NCBI GenBank assembly: GCA_002085115.1
Contig: MZGQ01000005.1
Span: forward strand, 1,818-65,817
Reading direction: 5' to 3'
Source: Desulfococcus sp. 4484_241
GTDB taxonomy: Bacteria; Desulfobacterota; Desulfobacteria; Desulfobacterales; Desulfosudaceae
DNA length: 64,000 nucleotides
Shown here: positions 17,571 to 26,494 of the stretch, piece after piece
How positions within the stretch are numbered: the first letter of the stretch is position 1
Layout of the letters: every line of letters starts with the position of its first letter
The notes under the pieces: generated by a model
The model's database searches: none
Seen by the model: the letters and a program-made list of their open reading frames with translations, nothing else
Told to the model about the DNA's origin: nothing
Translations under genes and position numbers: made by a program

Positions 17571-18839
17571 TTACGGTATGAAGGGTTCCAGGTTCCCTTG
17601 GGCATCCCATGAGATCGGCTGCCAAGGGGTCAGCCGGGTCAGGGTAGCGTCATCCTCGATCTGCCTTTCAAGGGCCCGGGAGACCTGAAGGTATTCGAGA
17701 CTGGCCGTGTCCCTGATGCGGACCAGGCGAACGGTTTCCGGCGATTTCGCCCCACAGGTAGACAAGCAGGCCTCCAGCGCCTCCCGGTCGCAGTCATAAA
17801 ACAACGGCAAGGCGGCTTTCTCGGGAGAAACGGCGGAAACGGCGTTGAGACGGGTTTTTTCGTAGTCCAGCCGTTCAACCAGACGGCGGGTGGTAAAATC
17901 GGCCAGACCGATTCCGTTGGCATTGCCGTCCGATCCCGGGGACAGGTCCCGGACAAATATCCGCCGCACATGGGGGGAGCGGCAAAAATCACCGGTCAAG
18001 TCGCGATGACGGCCGGTAACATTGGAATCCATGCCAATGCCGGAAATATCCTTGCCGATATGGTCGACTACAAGAACATCGATGGGATCGAAAGGAATAC
18101 GGCCCATCATCGATGCCGCCGTCTTCAGCAACGACCGTTCCGTCTCGATGAGGATCTCCGGGGTGACGATCTCGATACGGGCCAGACGGCCATAACCATC
18201 CTCGACCAGGGCGACACCGAAAAGCAGGCGGATCCGGTTCATTACCTGGCGGGCGGCGGATTCAATGATGCCAAAGGAGTGCCCGATGGCGTAGCGATGG
18301 TACGCCTGGGCTCCTGCTGCTTTGCCCAGGCCGACCGTCAGCATCTTGCACAATCCGCTCTCGATGTTTGCCCTGAACTTGGTGTGGGGCTTGATACGGT
18401 TGATGACCACCACGTAATCGGCGGCCAGCGCCGCTTCGGAAAAAAGGATTTCCATGCCGCAGGCGTGGGTGTCAATGGGTCGGGCAGCCATGTCGGCCTG
18501 AATCGGCACCTTCATGCTTGCCTCGGTGATCCCCAACCCTGCCAGCACCTGTCGTTGACCATCGGGGGTTGCCCCACCGTGACTGCCCATGGCCGGAACA
18601 ATGAACGGTGAAAATCCACGCTCTTCGAGAAAACGCAGGCAGCGAAACGTCACGTGAGCCAGGCGGTCGATTTTGCGGCTGCCCACGGCAACGGCTACGG
18701 TCTCTCCCTCCTGAGACCGGCAAAGGGGAGCATGGGCCGAAAAGGCGGCATCAATGACCCGATCCGGATCGGTGATGGCCGATCGAACCAGCGATTGGCT
18801 TATGGTGGCGACCTGTGGAAAAATCGGCGTTTCCTCCAC
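17571..18839 (-). CDS. Lactate-racemase-like (LarA N-terminal / DUF2088-type) domain protein
   Basis: 422 aa with ...VINRIKPHTKFRANIESGLCKMLTVGLGKAAGAQAYH... and ...VVDHIGKDISGIGMDSNVTGRH, a pattern I associate with DUF2088/LarA-like proteins. This was not verified by search. Confidence 0.45.
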   Translation of the reverse strand: MEETPIFPQVATISQSLVRSAITDPDRVIDAAFSAHAPLCRSQEGETVAVAVGSRKIDRLAHVTFRCLRFLEERGFSPFIVPAMGSHGGATPDGQRQVLAGLGITEASMKVPIQADMAARPIDTHACGMEILFSEAALAADYVVVINRIKPHTKFRANIESGLCKMLTVGLGKAAGAQAYHRYAIGHSFGIIESAARQVMNRIRLLFGVALVEDGYGRLARIEIVTPEILIETERSLLKTAASMMGRIPFDPIDVLVVDHIGKDISGIGMDSNVTGRHRDLTGDFCRSPHVRRIFVRDLSPGSDGNANGIGLADFTTRRLVERLDYEKTRLNAVSAVSPEKAALPLFYDCDREALEACLSTCGAKSPETVRLVRIRDTASLEYLQVSRALERQIEDDATLTRLTPWQPISWDAQGNLEPFIP

Positions 18840-19110
18840 CTGTCTTCAAACAACTCAGACGCGTTACAATTGGACAATGGCCGGGGCCTGATAGGATCAG
18901 GGAGCCGCTTTTACGCCCATCATCTATAGCAAGGCCTCTCTTGTGTGTCAATGTGTTTCCGGCCGCTATATGTTGACCGGCGTTTGGAGAGAGTGGAGCT
19001 GCTCGTTTAAGCGGTTTGAGGTTTTTTTTCTCCCGTATTGTGGTATATTTACAAACTAAACATGTTCTGTTTGTTATAACTGGCTGCAAAATCTGTCCGA
19101 TTGGAATGGC

Positions 19111-20268
19111 ATGGGTAAAAAAGAGCAGGAATACAAAGGGTTTGAACAGGGGCCGATAAGGCCGCCGAGTGAGGCTTTCAGCCTGCTTGTCAGGGTTACG
19201 CGAAACTGCCCCTGGAACAGGTGTAAATTTTGTCCGGTATACAAAGGGACCAGGTTTTCACTGCGTGACCCTGAGCATGTAAAGGCTGATATCGACAGCG
19301 TTTACAACGCAATCAGGCTTATTGAGAATGCAGCCGGTTCTGACGGCAGTGTTTCCCGGCAGAAAATATACGAAATATCACAAAAGGTTGACAAAAAGGA
19401 TTATGCCGCGTTTAATGCGGCTCTTAACTGGATGGCATCGGGCATGCGTTCCGTTTTCCTGCAGGACGCAAACAGCCTTATCATAAAACCTGACGATCTG
19501 ATCGGGATTCTGGCTCACCTGAAAATGCGCTTTCCAATGGTTGAGAGGGTTACATCCTATGCAAGGTCGCACACCATTTGCAGGATACCGGCCAAAAAGC
19601 TTGCTGCCATACGCGAAGCCGGGCTGAGCAGAATACATATCGGGCTTGAATCAGGGTCTGACAGGGTCCTGGAGTTTGTAAAAAAGGGTGTCACAAAGGC
19701 CGAACACATAGAGGCGGGTATAAAGGTTAAGGAGGCCGGGTTTGAATTGTCGGAGTATGTTATGCCCGGCCTTGGCGGCGTTGACTGGTCGCGTGAGCAC
19801 GCTCTTGAGACGGCCGACGCCCTTAACCGGATAAACCCCGATTTTATAAGGCTTCGAACCCTTGCTATCCCACAGGGCATACCGCTATATGATGATTATA
19901 TGGCGGGGAGGTTTAAAAAGTGCACAGACATGATGGTCGCCAGGGAGCTGCTGGTTTTTATCGAGGCGCTTGACGGCATAACCTCCATGGTGACAAGCGA
20001 TCATATACTGAACCTCTTTTCAGAGGTGGAGGGCAAACTCCCGGATGATAAGGAGAAGATGACCAGGGCGATAGATGCTTTTCTCGCAATGGATCCATCA
20101 GACCAGGTCCTTTACCAGGTGGGACGCAGGCTCACCATATTTGACAGCATGGATGATATGAACGATGAATCGAAAAAGGCCCGTGTGCGCGCACTTTGTG
20201 AACAGGCCGGTGTCACGCCCGACAATGTCGATTCGGTAATTGAGGAGGCGGTAAACAGGTTCATATGA
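19111..20268 (+). CDS. Radical SAM protein with Elp3-type CX4CX2C cluster spacing
   Basis: 385 aa. GPIRPPSEAFSLLVRVTRNCPWNRCKFCPVY is the only cysteine triad. Its stop overlaps the next gene start (ATGA at 20265-20268). Confidence 0.75.
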   Translation: MGKKEQEYKGFEQGPIRPPSEAFSLLVRVTRNCPWNRCKFCPVYKGTRFSLRDPEHVKADIDSVYNAIRLIENAAGSDGSVSRQKIYEISQKVDKKDYAAFNAALNWMASGMRSVFLQDANSLIIKPDDLIGILAHLKMRFPMVERVTSYARSHTICRIPAKKLAAIREAGLSRIHIGLESGSDRVLEFVKKGVTKAEHIEAGIKVKEAGFELSEYVMPGLGGVDWSREHALETADALNRINPDFIRLRTLAIPQGIPLYDDYMAGRFKKCTDMMVARELLVFIEALDGITSMVTSDHILNLFSEVEGKLPDDKEKMTRAIDAFLAMDPSDQVLYQVGRRLTIFDSMDDMNDESKKARVRALCEQAGVTPDNVDSVIEEAVNRFI

Positions 20269-20495
20269 TGGCAAAAAAGCAAACAAAAGCAAAACATGTC
20301 ATAAACAGGGAGTGGTGCAAGGGGTGCGGCATATGCGTTCATTTCTGTCCCGGCAATGTGCTGGAGCTGGATGAATGGTTTAAATGTTTTGCCGCACGCC
20401 CGGATGATTGCGTGGGGTGCAGGTTGTGTGAACTAAGGTGCCCGGATTTTGCCATACAGGTCGTTGTTCAGTCTAAACAGGATCAGGTGGCCTGA
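20265..20495 (+). CDS. 2 x [4Fe-4S] ferredoxin, delta subunit of a 2-oxoacid:ferredoxin oxidoreductase (OorD/KorD-like)
   Basis: 76 aa with CKGCGICVHFCP and CVGCRLCELRCP. It is first in a delta-alpha-beta-gamma gene order. Confidence 0.8.
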   Translation: MMAKKQTKAKHVINREWCKGCGICVHFCPGNVLELDEWFKCFAARPDDCVGCRLCELRCPDFAIQVVVQSKQDQVA

Positions 20496-20561
20496 ATGCG
20501 TTCCACCGGGTGAATGTTTTGAATATCAATCATCACAAGGATCAGGAGCAGCCGGAAGTAT

Positions 20562-21677
20562 ATGAAGAATAAAACAGCCTTTATCCAGGGTAACGAGGTG
20601 TGTGCAAGGGCTGCGATTTATGCGGGGGTCGGGTTTTTTGCCGGCTACCCCATAACACCGTCAACCGAGATAGCCGAGTTCATGGCACGGGAACTGCCGA
20701 AAAGGCAAGGGACATTCATCCAGATGGAGGATGAAATATCGTCACTATGCGCCGTGATAGGCGCTTCCCTTACCGGCTGCAAGGCAATGACCGCAACAAG
20801 CGGCCCAGGGTTTTCCCTGATGCAGGAGGCCCTTGGGTATGCGGTTATGGCAGAGATACCATGCGTTATCGTCGATGTGCAGAGGGGAGGTCCTTCCACC
20901 GGCCTGCCAACCCATGTAATGCAGGGCGATGTATGCCAGGCACGGTGGGGAATCCACGGGGATCATGCCATTGTTGCAATGACTGCTTCCGGCAACCAGG
21001 AGCTGTTCAAAATCACGGTGGATGCGTTTAATATAGCTGAAACATACAGAACACCGGTAATCCTGTTGCTTGACATACCGTCAGAGGGGGAGATTGAGGT
21101 CGTGGAGCGTCTTCGCACCGCCGTAAAGCAGGGTGTAGACTTTCATCCCTATCTGCCGAGGGAGGATGGTCGGCTGCCTATGTCCGATTTCGGTGGCGTT
21201 CACAGGTATAACGTTACCGGTCTTTTTCACGATATGTGGGGGTTCCCGTCGGATGACCCGCAGGTTGTGCACGGCCTTCTTCGCCACCTTGCAGACAAGA
21301 TAAACAACAACGTGGATAATATAGCCAGGTTCAAAGAGTACTACCTGGATGACGCTGACCTGGTGCTGGTCTCGTACGGCTCTTCCGCGCGCTCGGCCCT
21401 GCACCTTGTCGAGAGCCGCCGCCGAAGAGGGGAAAAGTACGGCCTGCTGGAACTGCAGACCCTCTGGCCCTTTCCCCACTCCATTGTCAGGGAGAAATGC
21501 GCAAATGCCCGCTACGTTGCAGTTGTTGAGATGAACCTGGGCCAGATCACCAAGGAAGTAAAGGAGGCGGTGGATCGTCCAGAGAGGGTTTATCTGCTCA
21601 ACCGCATTGATGGAGTTTACATAACCCCCACCGACATCCGTAACATGCTCAGGGTTATACAGGGCAGGGGAGTATAA
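20562..21677 (+). CDS. 2-oxoacid:ferredoxin oxidoreductase alpha subunit (OorA/KorA-like)
   Basis: 371 aa. FFAGYPITPSTEI...MTATSGPGFSLMQEALGYA...VIVDVQRGGPSTGLPT. Confidence 0.85.
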   Translation: MKNKTAFIQGNEVCARAAIYAGVGFFAGYPITPSTEIAEFMARELPKRQGTFIQMEDEISSLCAVIGASLTGCKAMTATSGPGFSLMQEALGYAVMAEIPCVIVDVQRGGPSTGLPTHVMQGDVCQARWGIHGDHAIVAMTASGNQELFKITVDAFNIAETYRTPVILLLDIPSEGEIEVVERLRTAVKQGVDFHPYLPREDGRLPMSDFGGVHRYNVTGLFHDMWGFPSDDPQVVHGLLRHLADKINNNVDNIARFKEYYLDDADLVLVSYGSSARSALHLVESRRRRGEKYGLLELQTLWPFPHSIVREKCANARYVAVVEMNLGQITKEVKEAVDRPERVYLLNRIDGVYITPTDIRNMLRVIQGRGV

Positions 21678-21678
21678 A

Positions 21679-22482
21679 ATGGCTTATGATGATTATATAC
21701 GCAAACGGTTTTTCCCCCATATATGGTGTCCCGGGTGCGGTCACGGAATCGTACTGAACGCACTTACAAGATCCCTTGACAGTCTTGGGTTTGACAAAAA
21801 TGAAATGGTTATGGTCTCCGGCATAGGATGCTCGGCACGTATCTCCGGTTACGTTGATCTCCATTCCATGCACACGATTCACGGCAGGGCGCTGGCCTTT
21901 GCCACCGGCATAAAGCTGAGCCGTCCTGAGTTAAAGCTGATAGTCCCGATGGGAGATGGCGACGCACTTGCCATAGGAGGGAACCATTTTATACACGCAG
22001 CCCGCAGAAACATAGATATTACGGCTATAGTAATCAATAACAGAATTTATGGAATGACCGGCGGCCAGTACTCCCCCCTGTCCGGTGTCGGAGTCAGGGC
22101 CACCACTGCTCCATATTCCAATATAGACCCTGCTTTTGACGTGGTTGAGATGGCAACAGCGGCCGGGGCAACTTTTGTGGCGCGCACCACGACATACCAT
22201 GTGCGGGAGATGTCGAAATTTTTCCAAAAGGCGATTTTGCACAAGGGGTTTTCCGTTGTGGAGGTTCTTTCCCAGTGCCCGACCAACTTTGGCAGGCGGA
22301 ACAAGGCAGGCGACGCGGTCCATATGATGGAGTCATATAAGAACGGCACGGTTGTTGCCGGTTCAGCCGATGATGTTCCGGGCTCCGGCAAAATACGGCG
22401 GGGGGTTTTTGTGGAAAAAACAGCACCCGAGTATTGTGATGAGTACGCAAGGATTATCCGGGTGGCCAGAAAGGGGGCTTGA
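21679..22482 (+). CDS. 2-oxoacid:ferredoxin oxidoreductase beta subunit (TPP-binding; OorB/KorB-like)
   Basis: 267 aa. WCPGCGHG...GDGDALAIGGNHFIHAARRNIDITAIVINNRIYGMTGGQ. Confidence 0.85.
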   Translation: MAYDDYIRKRFFPHIWCPGCGHGIVLNALTRSLDSLGFDKNEMVMVSGIGCSARISGYVDLHSMHTIHGRALAFATGIKLSRPELKLIVPMGDGDALAIGGNHFIHAARRNIDITAIVINNRIYGMTGGQYSPLSGVGVRATTAPYSNIDPAFDVVEMATAAGATFVARTTTYHVREMSKFFQKAILHKGFSVVEVLSQCPTNFGRRNKAGDAVHMMESYKNGTVVAGSADDVPGSGKIRRGVFVEKTAPEYCDEYARIIRVARKGA

Positions 22483-23030
22483 CAATGGCGCGCACCAGGT
22501 TCATATTCTCCGGCGCAGGCGGGCAGGGTGTGATAACAGCAGCAGTCATCCTGGGTGAGGCAGCGGCCCTGCATGAAGGGCTTAACGCGGTACAGGCTCA
22601 GTCGTACGGGCCTGAAGCACGCGGAGGCGCATCCAGGGCGGAGCTGATAATATCGGATGATGTCATAAATTTTCCCAGGGTCAACAATGCAAACGTATTG
22701 GTATGCCTTACACAGGAGGCTTACAACAGATATTATCCACATATCAGGCCCGGCGGCCTGCTTGTGACTGACAGCAAACTGGTCACACCTTTATCCAAGG
22801 TGGATGCAAGGCAGGTGCCTCTGCCCCTGTTCAAGACCGCGATGGAAACCGTTGGCGAACCGGTTACGCTCAACATATGCATGCTCGGGGCGGTGGTGGC
22901 CATTACCGGGATTGTCAAAAACGGGTCAGTTGAAAAGGTGATTGAGACAAGAATCCCGGGCGAGTTCCTTGAGGTAAACCGTAAGGCGTTTTCCCTTGGT
23001 TATGAGCTTGGCCTGCCCCATGCCGGCTGA
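22479..23030 (+). CDS. 2-oxoacid:ferredoxin oxidoreductase gamma subunit (OorC/KorC-like)
   Basis: 183 aa. FSGAGGQGVITAAVILGEAA...QSYGPEARGGASRAE. Its start overlaps the beta-subunit stop. Confidence 0.85.
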   Translation: MTMARTRFIFSGAGGQGVITAAVILGEAAALHEGLNAVQAQSYGPEARGGASRAELIISDDVINFPRVNNANVLVCLTQEAYNRYYPHIRPGGLLVTDSKLVTPLSKVDARQVPLPLFKTAMETVGEPVTLNICMLGAVVAITGIVKNGSVEKVIETRIPGEFLEVNRKAFSLGYELGLPHAG

Positions 23031-24180
23031 TTCCCTGAAGCCCGGCGGAATATATATCCATATTCCCTTTTGTGCGGCAAGATGCCGCTACTGCGATTTT
23101 TTTTCCACCACCGCTTTTGAACGCGCAGACGCTTTCGTTGACGCCCTGTTGCGCGAGATGGATCTGCTTTCGGCCCGGGTTACAGGAGCGTTTGATACTG
23201 TTTATATCGGCGGAGGCACGCCGTCTGTCCTTTCTCCCGGCCGAATCGCCAGGATTATAGGGGCTGTTTTTGAAAATTTCCGGATTTTACCGGGTGCCGA
23301 GGTCTCTGTTGAGGCCAATCCCGATTCAGCGTCTGCCGCATGGCTTGAATCGGCAAGAAGGGCTGGTGTTACACGTGTCAGTATTGGCGTACAGTCGTTT
23401 GACAACCGGATGCTTGCCTTTCTTGGCAGGATTCACCGGGCAAAACAGGCAAAAACAGCCGTGGCAACCGCACGTTCATTGGAGTTTGACAGCGTAAGCC
23501 TTGATATTATGTACGGCATGCCGGGCCAGACGGATGATGGGTTATGCAAAGACCTTGAAACAGCCATCTCCCTTTTACCGGACCACCTGTCATGTTACAT
23601 GCTCTCGTATGAAAAGGGAACGCCTCTGTCTCGTGCCCTGGCCTCACATGAGTTTGCCCCCCTGCCGGATGAAAACTGCCGGCATTTTTTTGAAAAAGTA
23701 TCGCGGTTTCTTGTGGATAACGGTTTTTACCATTACGAGATCTCAAATTTTGCAAAGGGCAGAGGCCATGTTTGCAGGCACAACATAAAGTACTGGGAGC
23801 GCGCCCCATATGCCGGGCTGGGTCCGTCGGCACATTCGTACGACGGCAAATCAGAACGCCGCTGGAATTTTTCCGACCTTGACAGCTACATAACCACGGT
23901 AAAGGAGGGAGAGCTTCCGGTACAATCTTTTGAAAAACTGTCTGTGCAGCAGCGTATGATGGAAGCCGTATATCTTGGCTTTCGCACATCTGCCGGTGTC
24001 TCTGCAGAATCTTTTCGCAGCGAGTTCGGCGTCGGGTTTGACAGCCTGTTTTTGCCCGCCATTGAGCAGTGTAACAGGGACGGCCTTTTGGAAAGGTCAG
24101 ACAGTGGTTATACGCCGACACTCAGGGGCATGCTGTTTCACGAGACCCTTGCCCTGCGTTTTACCGCCCTGATACCTTGA
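23020..24180 (+). CDS. hemW: HemW/HemN-family radical SAM protein (oxygen-independent coproporphyrinogen-III-oxidase-like heme chaperone)
   Basis: The ATG at 23020 overlaps the gamma-subunit stop. IYIHIPFCAARCRYCDF (CX3CX2C), TVYIGGGTPS. About 386 aa. Confidence 0.75.
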   Translation: MPADSLKPGGIYIHIPFCAARCRYCDFFSTTAFERADAFVDALLREMDLLSARVTGAFDTVYIGGGTPSVLSPGRIARIIGAVFENFRILPGAEVSVEANPDSASAAWLESARRAGVTRVSIGVQSFDNRMLAFLGRIHRAKQAKTAVATARSLEFDSVSLDIMYGMPGQTDDGLCKDLETAISLLPDHLSCYMLSYEKGTPLSRALASHEFAPLPDENCRHFFEKVSRFLVDNGFYHYEISNFAKGRGHVCRHNIKYWERAPYAGLGPSAHSYDGKSERRWNFSDLDSYITTVKEGELPVQSFEKLSVQQRMMEAVYLGFRTSAGVSAESFRSEFGVGFDSLFLPAIEQCNRDGLLERSDSGYTPTLRGMLFHETLALRFTALIP

Positions 24181-24323
24181 GAAACCGCGCCCGGGCCGGA
24201 GCCTTTATCAAGTCTATGTGTCCCTCTTTTTCCATTGAAACAATCTATTGGTGTCCGCTCTCCCCGGCATGCTAAAAAAATTCAGTTTAAGCTGCCCGGC
24301 CTTGATGTCCGCCAAAAACAAAA

Positions 24324-24421
24324 AGACTGGTTGAGTCGGCTGGCGCCGGCCGCGGGCTTCAAACCCGTTGGGCGCTTTTTGCAGAAAGCGCTGTTCGGTT
24401 CGATTCCGAAACCAGTCTCCA
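24324..24421 (+). tRNA. selC: tRNA-Sec (anticodon UCA)
   Basis: Hand fold. Acceptor AGACTGGT/ACCAGTCT (8 bp). 6-bp D stem GTCGGC/GCCGGC with 4-nt loop TGGC. Anticodon stem GCGGG/CCCGT with loop CTTCAAA (anticodon TCA). Long variable arm GGCGCTTT-TTGCAG-AAAGCGCT (8 bp). T arm TTCGG-TTCGATT-CCGAA. The exact 5'/3' ends (8/5 versus 9/4 register, encoded CCA) are ambiguous by 1-3 nt. Confidence 0.85.
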
Positions 24422-24438
24422 GCACACAGAACAAATCT

Positions 24439-25788
24439 TTAATCTTCCTCGCTATTGGCCCATTTTTTTATGCGTGTGATAATATCCCATGAAAAGGGGA
24501 TATCCATGCATGGCAGCAGGGCGTTGTTTGTGTATACCGGGTCTGACTCGATGTCGTATCTCGAGCATGCCACAGCATCCGGCCACATGGCCGTGCCGGG
24601 TATGGGGGTGTAATAAGCCGGTATCGGGGTTATCCCCCTTTCTGCAACAAACGCAAAGCCCTGTTTTATCTCTTCCAGCTCCTGGTTCGGCAGCCCGACG
24701 AGCATGTAAGCGCCGGTCATCTTCCTGGTAAAACCGGCAAGCTTCAAGGATGCGACAGCCCTTTCAAACTCATGGAGTTTAACCTTTGAGTCGAGTGTCC
24801 TGTCGTTGCCGAAAAGGTCTGTTTCCAGCCCCAGCCGCACGGTCTCGAACCCGGCATCTCGCATGAGACGCGCCGTTGTTTCGTTTACCTCCCTTACATG
24901 AATGGCGTTAGGGGTATGGAACCGTATGTTCCATCCTTTTTTGATTATGCTTCGGGCAATCGGTTCAAAATGGTTTTCAGCGTCAACCAGAAGTGCGTCG
25001 TCGTAAAAAACGAAATCACGAACCTTGTATTTTTCATGCCAGCGGGCTATTTCATCTACCACCGATTCCGGGCTTCTGCGCACCATGGGACCGGGATGGA
25101 GTATGTGCGAAGCACAGTAGGTGCATGAAAACGGGCATCCCCTTGTGGTGAGCAGGGGGACAAAAGGAATTATGCGCTGCAGGTCAAGCGCGGGTACGGG
25201 AAAGAAGTCCGGGTCCGATATGTCAAACCCCGGGTCAAGTCTTGCTCCTGTACACTGCTCAATTATACCGGGCAGATTCACTTTTGCATCTCCTGCTGCC
25301 ACGATGTCTGCTCCGCTGTGCATGCGGGCATGATCCGGGCAAAGAGACGCATACACGCCCCCCAGCACGACAGGAACGCCCGGTAATGCCTGTTTTATGG
25401 TTTTTATTGTCTCTGCAACGCCGGGGTACCAGTAGGTCATGATGGATGTGACAAGAACAACGTCCGGCCTGGGCACCGAAAGCAGGTCATGTAAAAACCA
25501 CTGTTCTGGAATGCCGTACCTGGAGTAGGTGCGGGGTATATCCTCAAGGCCGGCAGGCTTTGGGATCGGTGTCTTTATATACGGCCCTCTGCCATGCCGG
25601 GCATCCGGGCGCTGCACCGGTGCAAGCGGATGAAACCTGTCGGTGCAGTCGATATAAAACACCCTGCATCCGCAACTGCGCAAAATAGCCGCAATCTCAA
25701 GAAGTCCAAGTGGCCTTGCCCAGAAATCGTATGCTGCAAAATCGTGTATCCAGGGGTTTACGCATAGTATGGTGGGATTGTTTGACAT
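24439..25788 (-). CDS. B12-binding-domain radical SAM protein (class B, BchE/COG1032-like)
   Basis: 449 aa. N-terminal Rossmann-like ILCVNPWIHDFAAYDFWARPLGLLEIAAILRSCGCRVFYIDC, then TTRGCPFSCTYCAS. Confidence 0.8.
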   Translation of the reverse strand: MSNNPTILCVNPWIHDFAAYDFWARPLGLLEIAAILRSCGCRVFYIDCTDRFHPLAPVQRPDARHGRGPYIKTPIPKPAGLEDIPRTYSRYGIPEQWFLHDLLSVPRPDVVLVTSIMTYWYPGVAETIKTIKQALPGVPVVLGGVYASLCPDHARMHSGADIVAAGDAKVNLPGIIEQCTGARLDPGFDISDPDFFPVPALDLQRIIPFVPLLTTRGCPFSCTYCASHILHPGPMVRRSPESVVDEIARWHEKYKVRDFVFYDDALLVDAENHFEPIARSIIKKGWNIRFHTPNAIHVREVNETTARLMRDAGFETVRLGLETDLFGNDRTLDSKVKLHEFERAVASLKLAGFTRKMTGAYMLVGLPNQELEEIKQGFAFVAERGITPIPAYYTPIPGTAMWPDAVACSRYDIESDPVYTNNALLPCMDIPFSWDIITRIKKWANSEED

Positions 25789-25844
25789 CTGTCCTGCCGG
25801 GTCACACCGTCTTATCAGGACGAGGCAAAACCGGCGCCTTGCTT

Positions 25845-26324
25845 TCAGTCGTCTTCATCCACGAAATATTCCATGGATGTTTTTTTAAGTTCACGCTTGC
25901 TGAAGAGCACGTTGTATCTGTCCACCCCGGCCTTTTCCGCCATCTGCCGGATCTTTTCCATGCACAGATCTTCGTTCGTGGTGTGGACCATTGTGTATAG
26001 GTTGTAAGGCCAGTCAGGAGCCGGGTTTCGGCGGTAACAGTGTGTTACCTCTTCAAGGGAGGCGAAAAGTGTGCCGACCTCCTCGACCCTGGCCTCGTCC
26101 ACCTGCCATGCCACCATGGCGTTGGCGGTGATGCCGGATTTCTGGTGCCGCAAAGTTGCGCCGAACCTGCGTATTATTCCTCTGCGGGAAAGGTCCTTGA
26201 GGATTCCTATAAGTGTGTCCTCATCCATCCCCAACTCTTTTGCCATGTCCCTGTACGGCCTTTGGGTAACCGGAATATCTCCCTGTATGGCGTTAATTAC
26301 TTTTTTTTCCGTTTCTGATAACAT
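25845..26324 (-). CDS. AsnC/Lrp-fold siroheme decarboxylase subunit (AhbA/AhbB, NirD/L-like)
   Basis: 159 aa. KKVINAIQGDIPVTQRPYRDMAKELGMDEDTLIGILKDLSRRGIIRRFGATLRH...VTHCYRR...WPYNLYTMVH. Confidence 0.7.
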   Translation of the reverse strand: MLSETEKKVINAIQGDIPVTQRPYRDMAKELGMDEDTLIGILKDLSRRGIIRRFGATLRHQKSGITANAMVAWQVDEARVEEVGTLFASLEEVTHCYRRNPAPDWPYNLYTMVHTTNEDLCMEKIRQMAEKAGVDRYNVLFSKRELKKTSMEYFVDEDD

Positions 26325-26494
26325 GCACCGGATATTAGGTATGTGCCTGGCATAAAGTCAAGTATTTTCGGGCACGGCTTTTAAACCTTGCCGTCACAAG
26401 CGCCTGTATTGTATTGTAGTTGATAACATCACACCAGGATAATATCCGATCCGGTGCAAACGTGTATGCATGTAAAAAACAGGAGGAAGACGGC

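Noticed and set aside
24235-24492. 85-aa ORF (MKQSIGVRSPRHAKKIQFKLPGLDVRQ...) listed in the track across the hemW / B12-radical-SAM gap.
   Set aside because: It is read straight through the tRNA-Sec gene and the 3' end of the opposite-strand radical SAM gene. The basic low-complexity translation has no ribosome-binding site.
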